From the human T2T-CHM13v2.0 reference genome, Homo sapiens: a stretch of 64,000 bases of DNA. The notes beneath the pieces are model-generated. The model was not told where the DNA came from. It saw nothing but the letters and a program-made list of their open reading frames with translations, and ran no database searches. The position numbers were made by a program, and so were the translations under genes. Where the stretch lies: the NCBI RefSeq assembly GCF_009914755.1, contig NC_060926.1. One strand, written 5' to 3'. Below, piece after piece: positions 54,492 through 64,000 of the stretch. The stretch's first letter is position 1. Every line of letters begins with the position of its first letter.

Positions 54492-55550
54492 GAATGCATG
54501 TAGGAGGTGCAGAGAAGGGATGAAGAAGGTGTGAAGGAGGATGAAGAAGGCATGAAAAAGGCATGTAGAAGGCATGAAGAAGGTGTGAGGAAGACATGTA
54601 GGTCTGAAGGAGGCGTGAAGAAGACATGAAAAAGGCATGTATTAATAGAAGGTGTAAAGAAGGTGTGAAGGAGGGATGCAGAAGGTGTGAAGGAGGCATG
54701 TAGAAGGCATGTGGAAAGCATAAAGAAGGTGTGAAGGAGGCATGAAGAAGGCATGTAGAAGTCTGAAGGAGGCATGAAGAAGGTATAAAAAAGCATATAT
54801 TAATAGAAAGCTGAAGAAGGTGTGAATGAGGCATGAAGGAGGAATGTAGAAGGCATGCAGAAGGTGTGATGAAGGCATGAGGAAGGCATGTAGAAGGGGT
54901 GATGGAGGCATGAAGAAGGCATGTAGAAAGCATGAAGAAGGGGTAGTGGAGGCATGAAGAAGGCATGTAGAAGGTGTGAATGAGCCATGTAGAAGGCATG
55001 TAGAAGGTGTAATGAAGGCATGAATAAGGCATGTAGAAGGTGTAATGAAGGCATGAAGATGGCATATAGAAGGTGTAGTGGAGGCATGAAGAAGGCATGT
55101 AGACAGCATAATGAAGGTGTGACAGAGGCATGAAGAAGGCATGTAAAAAGCATAAAGAAGGTGCGAAGGAGGCATGAAGGCATGTAGAAAGCATAAAGGA
55201 GGTGTGAAGGAGGCATGAAGAAGGCATATAGAAGCCTGAAGGAGGTGTGAAGAAGGCATAAAAAAGCATGTATTAATAGAAGGCGGAAGAAGGTGTGAAG
55301 GAGGCATGAAGAAGGCATGAAGAAGGCATGTAGAAGGTGTGGAGGCATAAAGAAGGCATGTAGAAGGTGTGGTGGAGACATGAAGGCAGGTTGAAGGTGT
55401 GATGGAGGCATGAAGAAGGCATGCAGAAGGCATGTAGGAGTGATGGAGGCATGAAGAAGGCATGTAGAAGGCATAAAGAATGTGTGAAGGAGGCATGAAG
55501 AAGCCATTTAGAAGGCATGTGGAAGGTGTGAAGAAGGCTGGGAAGGAAGG
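54492..55550 (+). repeat. Degenerate 11-bp purine-rich minisatellite (~95 units)
   Basis: Units GAAGGCATGTA / GAAGGCATGAA / GAAGGTGTGAA / GGAGGCATGAA in tandem over ~1.05 kb. Confidence 0.95.
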
Positions 55551-58500
55551 GAACACAGCTGGAATGGAGAGTGGGGGAGCATGGTGCCAAAGGAGGCTGG
55601 AGACCCCACAGGGCTGGCAGGACAGGTGCAGTGCAAGCTTGTCCCGGTTTCCAGGGGACGAAGGCGACAGGATGGGGCTGGCTTCTTGAGCAGGTCATGT
55701 GGCTGTGGCATGGGAAACTGACGGCAGCAATGTTAGGAGAAAGAGCGCGGCCAAGGTGAGGGAAGATGGGAGCTTGTGTTGAGGAGCAGGCAGTGGAGAT
55801 GAAGAGAGACAGGCAAATGGGAGAAGAATAAATCAGGAGCTAAAGTGAGAGGATTCGGTGTTGGATTAGCTGTGGGAGGGTGTGTGAGGAGGGTGTGTGT
55901 TGAGGCTGACTCGTGCCCCACCTGGCTCAGAGCACTGGACACCTGGACTGTGGTCCTAAAGGACCACATCGAAGGTGGGAGGTGATGGTGAAGGTACAGC
56001 GGGGGTGGCAGGCAATTCAGTTGGGGACATCAAGTTTGAGGTGCTTTTGTAACATTGAGCGGGGTTTGGGTAGTCGGGTCTGGAGCTCACAGGAGACTGG
56101 ACTAAACGTAGAACCTGGAGTACCACGCATGTGGTGCTGATGGAAGCCACAGGGCTGAGTGAGCTTCCCTGGGGAGGGAAGGCAGAGTGGGAAATGGAGA
56201 TGGCCCAGGCTGGCCCTGGAGGAGCAGCTCCACTGGTGCCAGGGGCAAGAGAGCCAGCTTTGCCAGGGAGCCGAGGAGAGGCCTGGGGTGGCAGGGGGCT
56301 TGGTCTGAGTGTGGCTGTGGACGATGTGGGTGGACAGTGCTTCCAGAAGGAAGGTATAGGCACCAGGTTTGGAGATAAGGACTGGAAACATCTCTGACTC
56401 AGCAGCTGGGCGGCTTGAGAGTGTCAGGGGCCTCTCCATGGAGTTGTGAGGCAGACATTAGATTGGTATGAGAAGGAAGAGACTGGAGAGTGATCAGGAG
56501 CTTCTCTTTCCAGAGGTTTGGCCGTGAGGGAAAGTAGAGGGCCCAGATGTGCCTGGTGGGGAATGCGGGGTGAAAAGAGGGTTTCATGTAAAAGCCAGGA
56601 GGAGAAGCACGTTGCAGGAAGTTGTAGAATCTGCAAAGTGAGAGGAGTGATTCGGCATAGAGACATGAAGCTTGTGGCTTACTGAGGCTGCCCGTTCCAC
56701 TCCCAGACAGTTCATGCCTTAGGCTTCCTTTACAGCAAGTAAGACAACTGCCACCCCCGCCCCTTCTCACCACCAGTCCTGGTTTTCCACCATGAGAACA
56801 AAAGCAGGCCCCACGGGACAAGAGAAATCCCTTTTTCCCAGGATACAGACCCAAGATCCCCAACCATTCTTTATAGGATGCCTTGTTATCTTTTTTTTTT
56901 TTAAAGCATTTTCCATTTTCAGCCCATTTTTTTTTAAACTGATGGAGCTTTAAGTCATCAATTTTCCTTGAATAACCACAGGGACATTGGAGGAACATTC
57001 CAGCAACAGGCATGATTCTCCTTGTGGGGTCGACGAGCACATATTTGGTTTGTTGGTTCCAATTTTCCTGGTTCTGAATAAATTGCTGACTTTTGGCATA
57101 CCTAATAACTGATAGTCAGCACCTATTCCAAATTTTCACAGCAACTAATTACGTTTCTAAAGCACTTCCCTGATAAACTCCAGAAAGTGCTTGTGCCTGG
57201 GCAAAGCGGAAACCCTGAAAGGCTGGATGCACCGGCCAGACCCGTTTGGCCCAACAAGAGGACCCAAGGGGGTTACCTGGGCCGGAGCGCAACGCCGTGG
57301 ATCTGCACCCCTTGTTCTCTCACCAGCAAATCGTGGGGTGTCAGTGAGGTTGGAGGTCATCCAAGCTGACGCCCATTTATAGACAAGAAGTGTGGCTCCA
57401 GGTTAACTCCCCACCCCGGCCCCCGAGTTGGAAATGGAGCCTGGTCCTTCCAGGGTCCTGAGAACGGCATTCCTGTGGGTCTCATCTGTGTGCAGTTCTC
57501 TGCCCTGCAGGTCTCACCTGTGGTTCTCTAGCTTCTGAACCTGGAGTTAAACCGCAGGAGGGCAGGTCTCAGCCACAGGGTTCCTGCTTGGCTGTCAGTG
57601 CCTTGTCCTGTACAAGCATGCTCCAAGAGCTCGCTGAATATCGCTGGACGCATGGAGAAACAAAGTTGGGGTGGGATGATTCCTGTGCATGCTTGTTTTC
57701 CCTGCAGCAGATGGAATATATTTCCAGAACCATCTGCTTAGAACAATCAACGTTTCCAATGACCCATAGCCAATGTGCCTAGAATTCCTTGGCTATTCCC
57801 TGATCTGATAATTGGGACAAAACCAAGTGAACACCCCATAAGACAGTCCTACCTGCCCTTGCTGCTTTCCACCACCGTATCAAGGTCACAGATTCATTTA
57901 AACAATCCCAAAGGGCACACGACCTCAATTTTTATAATTTCCTTACTGAAATTCAAGAGAAACTTCCTAGCTGTTCCCCATTATCCTTTTGTTGCTTGGA
58001 AAAGTTAAAGTTTAAATGGCAATTCTCTTTAGAATTTAATATCTGTTCCCAAACATTCTCGGTTTAATTGCTAACTGATTCTTTAGAAAATTGAATTGCT
58101 ATATTACATTGTTTTTATGCACCAATGGCCTGGGAAATGTTGGCAGCAGTCCTGCCAAAGATAACGACGTCTATGTATCAAGCTGTGAGTGCTTTATTAG
58201 AAAAGTTCCTAGCAAAGATTTTTCTTGTTTTTAATTTTTGCTGCTTTTAATTTTTATACCCAAGACTTGATTTGGATCAATAGATGTTAAAACCAGGATT
58301 TTAGTATCTAAGATTCTCTCCACCTTCCTTTAGAGCTGTTGCCACTTATCTTTTCAAACGTGTAAGGAGCATGGCCAAAAGACTGGGGTGACTTTGTGGT
58401 CGAAAGAGCATTGAAGTGGCTGAGACCCAGCCCCCAGCCCCACGCGCCCCACTGGGAGTCTCAGCCTTGGAGAGGTCGCCTCCCACCCTGAGACGTCAGG

Positions 58501-58789
58501 TCCTATCTGTAGCGTAAGGGGGTCACACGTGAGGACTGCCCGCATTTTCAGTCCAGGATTCCACCTGGATGAACCATTCATTACTTCCAGGAGAAAACAC
58601 CTGTGGATGCTGTTCCAAAGGGCTAAGAGGAAGCAGTGCACAATAGACCGGGGCTGGCCACTTAGATACTCAGTGAATGTGGGGAACTGGCTTATTCTTC
58701 TGCCTCAAGGCAAATATAATGTCACTTTCCAAATTAAAACACCTCTCCTGGCTGCCTGACGTCAGCAGGTGCAATGCTCCGTAGGAGGG

Positions 58790-59241
58790 TGCGCTGAGCA
58801 AATGGCACCGAGTCCCCACCTTTCCTTGCAATGCCACTGGGGTGCCTGCCTCAAGAGGCTGAGTTGCCCGCCTCCCCCTGCCCCACACCTCCTGGAAATG
58901 GGCTGAACCTGTCCCTTACTCGACCCACAGAATGCAGGGAAGTGAGGCGTGCCAGTTCTGAGTGTAGGCGCCCAGGGCCTTGCAGCCCCATCGTGAGGAC
59001 GAGCCGGGGTGAGCCTTCTGGAGATGAGAGGTCACCTGGAGAGGGTGAAACCACCCTAGACAGCTACCGACCAGAGGACCTGGCCAGGCTCAGTGAGAGC
59101 CCAGCAGAGATGAGGGAACTCTGCTGCAGATCAGCAGAACTGTTCGTCTCCTGGCGGATGTGCGAGAAATGACTCACGGTTGTTGTCTTAACCCACCGGG
59201 CTCTGGGGGCGTGTGCCACCCAGCACTAGCTCACCGACACA
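58790..59241 (+). mobile_element. Old MaLR LTR, MLT1H-like
   Basis: ACAGAATGCAGGGAAGTGAGGCGTGCCAGTTCTGAG...CTCAGTGAGAGCCCAGCAGAGATGAG...GAGAAATGACTCACGGTTGTTGTCTTAACCCAC...CAGCACTAGCT. Confidence 0.55.
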
Positions 59242-61349
59242 CTGGGTGTCACAGACTCTGCTACTAGCTCCAGCTTCTGGTTTCTTCTCCTGCCAAACGT
59301 TTCCTACCTCCCACTCCCCCGAATCAAATCCTACCCTCTGGGCAAGCTCCGCTCCTAAGAGCCCCCGTTCTCTGTGCTGTGCCTCTCCCTTCTCGAGATG
59401 TCCCCTCTCTGACGTCCCCTCCCAGGTCTGCTTTCAAATCCATTCTCATTCTCCAGGAGGCTCCTCGGTGTCACCTCCTCATGGAAGGCCTCCCTTTCTG
59501 TCCAGCAGAACTGGCCAGCCCCTCACACAGCTGTTGTCTCCTGCTCACAGAGAGAAGACCGTTCAACTCTCCACTGGTCCTGATTTCTGTGTTTCCAGGC
59601 CGTCCTCTCTAGGCTGCAGTCTGGAGGGTAGGAACCACGTTGTACTCACTGTTGGATCCCTGTGACGTTGTGGGGCGTTCAGCAGGTGCTCAGAGCCTGG
59701 GGACTGTGGGACTCCTGGGTAGTGCTGGAGGCCCAGGGTTCCTCCGCAGTGATTCTTACAGGCCCCGCCGGGGTCCTGAGGTCTCCCCTTTCGAGGTGGC
59801 TGAGTGGCTGATGCAGGGGAGGAAGGCTGACCCAGGAAAGGACATCGGGGCTCTCGATGGCTTTTCTGAGGTTTTGTAGCTGCATCACTCACTTCTCTGG
59901 GCCTCAGCAGCTGTTGGGGTCACCCTGCACCCACCCTACGGTTCTCCATCCACCTTTTCACTCCTGTCATTGCTGCAGCAACCACCTGTGCACAGGTGAA
60001 CCGACAGCCCCTCCTCTCATCAGCAACTCACAGCTCCCTTCTGGGGGTGCTTCCCTGCTGTGGATGTCCCCGCAGCCATGCAGCCATCTTCACACACCCA
60101 GCCCAAACAGGCTGGTGCCACCCTTACCCAGTGGGGTCCTGGAGCCAGAGGATAAATGAGCTTTTTGCCCCGTTGCAGCCTGCAGCACTGACCCTTGGAC
60201 TTGTTTTCCCTCCTCCCTTGTTTTAATTTTCTCATTGCCCTGGGGTTGCTTCCCCAAATAGACAACTTACTCCCAAGCTTTATCTCCAGGACCCGGGGTT
60301 ACCAAACACTGTGTCCAAGATGGCTGCTTAGGTCTCAGAGCCAGAGGAGGCCCAGGCACAGAGCAGGCAGTGCACGTGCTCTGGGGCCAGGTGCAAGGGA
60401 TTCAGGTCCTGGCTTGGTCACCTCTGGGCAGGCCTGATTTCCCCAGCCTCGGTTTCCTCCTCTCTAAGGTGGGGACAACTCCTGGCTGATGTGAGACCTT
60501 GACTGCAAGTGTCCAGCTCTCTGTGCCACTGCAGCACTGCCTCTGGGTTCTGGGGATCCCGGGATGGGGGCTGTCCTGCTCCTTGTCACTGTCCTGCCCC
60601 CAGCACAGGGTCTGCACAGAATCAGCCTTCACACATCAGCAAGGGCTGAGTGAGTCCAGGGATGCGGCTGCTCCTGCTGGCCTCTGAGCACAGCCTTGGC
60701 TGGGAGTGGGGCCTGAGTGTGGCCACACAGCGACCACTGTGTCCTGGCCTAATGTTCTGAGGTCTCCATGTCTAGGCAGCAGTGTTTCAGCCATCAGGAT
60801 CCAACTACCAATGACCTTTCTGGGTTTCCATTCTCCTGGCAACTCGAGCCATCATCCCTGTACTGGAATCTGCCACCTGCCGTGAACAGGGTGGAGGTGG
60901 GAGAGGTGCACATAGATGCTCTCCCTCCCTCCCCTGCCCCCCAAACTCTAACCTGGAAAATGGAAAAGAGAGAAATTACCCTTTTTTTTTAACCTAACTT
61001 GCTCCGTGACTGACTTAATTAAAAGGAGGATGAGGGCTGCCTGTCACAGGGAGGCTCCTGGGATGAGTGGGGGGCTCAACCCGGCATGGGTGAGCCTCTG
61101 ATGGGAAGAGGGAGAAGAGGCCAGGGTCACCTGGCGTCCCTCAGAGCAGCCACCTGGAGGGAAGGTCACCCGGGCTCTTAGTCACATCTGTGGCCACCTC
61201 TGAAAACACCTAACTTCTTTTTACAAACTGGGAATGTCCACTGAGCTGGAGTTGTCTGTTGGAACTGTAACGTCCACTCCCAAGTGCTTCTCAAACTATT
61301 ATATTTTGTTTAAAGAAGATTCTCTTCATCCAATATGCTTGTGAAAATA

Positions 61350-62275
<926 letters not shown>

Positions 62276-64000
62276 GAGATGTGTGTGCGTGTGTTTTTAA
62301 TTAGAGAAAGAAGCTGTGAATGTGTGATCTGGGGAATCGTATCAGCATGTGCTCTAAGCATGTGCATCCCTGAGTGGTTTTAATGTGAAAACAGTTACAT
62401 ATATTTTCTTCCCTCAGCTTGTGAAGAGCAGTTGCTGATTTCACAAGGTTAGGACATTTGCCATCTGATATTATAAGTGGAGTTTGAGGGAAGCCTGTGG
62501 ACAGGAAGTGGATCTGGAGATGGGGATGCTGGGCACATGGCCTCCTTTCGAGAAGCCCCAACCTTTTAAAAATCAAGGTCATGTTTAAGTAATAATTCGC
62601 TGGGAGCAAAAGTCAGAAGGCATGAAAAGGATTCAATGGGAAGAAGCCTCTTTCTCCCAGCCCCATCCAATCACCCAGACACCTCCCTTCCCAGAAGCAT
62701 CCGGTGATACCAGCCTCTTGTGCCCCTTCCAGATCGATCTAAGCAGGTGCAATCGAGAATGTACATACTTTTCCTTTATTTTATTTTTTTTAACCACATA
62801 TACAATACCCTATTATATACCTGGCTCGAAACTTTCATGGTGAACTTGGAAGATTTGTTTCTATCAGTTCATAAAGAGCTACCCTGTTCTAAGAGTTGCA
62901 TAGCTCTCCATTATCTGTCAATCATTTTAAGGAAAAATATTCTTTAAATATGATGTTTCTGATTGTAATGAGGACCGAGGCTCTAGTTGCCTGACGCTTG
63001 GAGAAAGCAACTGAATAGCTCAAAAGCAGCTTCTGGGAAGGCTTTTCTTGGGAAAATTGCCTTGAAATATAGCTTTAAAAACCTTTTTATTGAAATACAT
63101 ATTTTTATTGGAATATAGTTTAATGCAGAAAAAAAAGCATGTATCGTAAGTGTATAGTTTGCTGAAATTTTATAGCCTGAACATCTGTGAAGGTGACATT
63201 CCCGTATGAAAAAGGGCATGATCAGCACCCCAAAGCTAGATATTTTTGGGGAGTTCTCCGGCCTGATTGATGTCTGAAACACTGAAACTTCAGCCCCAGG
63301 CCAGGCTTGTTTGGTTCCTGAGGTATTTGGGGAGCCAAGGATCAACTGATCTGAGGTCTTCTGCAGGCAGGACTGGGATGCTGGCTTCCAGGAGGAAACA
63401 GGCCCTGGTGTGTGGGCCCCACGCTCTCCCAAGAGCTGCTCTGGAATTTCCTAGCTGTGTGGTCTCAAGAATATTACTTACCGGCCCTGGGCCTCTGTTT
63501 TCTCATCTATAACATGGGAGTAACCATGGGTGGCAGGGTGCCAAGCCCCTGCTAATATCTCCCTGAAAGAGACATCACACTGTCCTGCCTGTCAAAGTCA
63601 GGCTTCTAATGAAGCCCTCCTCAGGGTCATCTTGAACAAGCTCAGGGACAGAAGCGGATGCCCTGGGAAGCTCTTAGAAGGGTCCGTGACCCAGAGTCCT
63701 CTGCCTCCCGAATCCCTCCCTGAGTTCTGATGCCGGTGTTGGGCAGGGCCTTCTCATCCCTGCAGGGCTGAGAGCAGAAGGTGGAGGGGAACCTGTGGTT
63801 ATGAAGCATGGTAGGGCTGATCTGGGCTGATCTGGGCTGACCTCAGTTGTCCAGGGCAGGTCCTGTCTGCTGTATCGCTGTCCCCTGGCCCCCACTGTGG
63901 AGTGGCCCCAGGTCTCAGGCCCCCCTGACTAACTCAAACCTCTGGCATGTTGGCACCTTGCCCTGGCTGTCTCCAGCTGGCACCTCCCTGCTGCAAGCGT

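Noticed and set aside
54570-55520. Many AGGCATGT motifs as possible p53 half-sites
   Set aside because: The 3' bases (TAG/AAG) do not fit the YYY of RRRCWWGYYY.
54321-55698. Long - strand ORFs (up to 304 aa) rich in MPSSCLLHAF
   Set aside because: They follow from the pyrimidine-rich strand of the 11-bp minisatellite lacking stops, and show no protein similarity.
59983-59998. Perfect 16-bp palindrome CACCTGTGCACAGGTG
   Set aside because: About one such palindrome is expected by chance in 64 kb (64000/4^8).

Overview
This is primate (human-like) genomic DNA of moderate to high GC. I found no protein-coding exon, RNA gene, CRISPR array or prokaryotic feature I can support. It reads as a large intron or intergenic interval. 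It contains Alu J/S/Y SINEs (several with visible target-site duplications), old L1 fragments, MaLR LTRs (MLT1/MST), MLT2, MER2 and MER58 DNA-transposon relics, MIR/L2 relics and several tandem repeats. The long ORFs in the track come from repeats or from GC-rich chance. The most notable structures are: (1) a near-perfect 338-bp inverted duplication (41178-41515 vs 42324-42661, about 5 mismatches) of an old Alu plus its host LTR flank, consistent with a template-switch event and a possible polymorphic ~0.8-kb inversion; (2) a 1.18-kb CpG-island-like VNTR of 16-bp monomers in a 64-bp higher-order repeat, stop-free in all three + frames and dense in MRE-core and N-box motifs; (3) a ~1.05-kb purine-rich 11-bp minisatellite; (4) a compact SF-1/ERR + CRE + GATA + GC-box motif cluster near 3.7-3.8 kb. 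I cannot support a claim of a new biological system. Repeat subfamily names and boundaries come from recall of consensus sequences and are approximate. The genomic locus was not identified.
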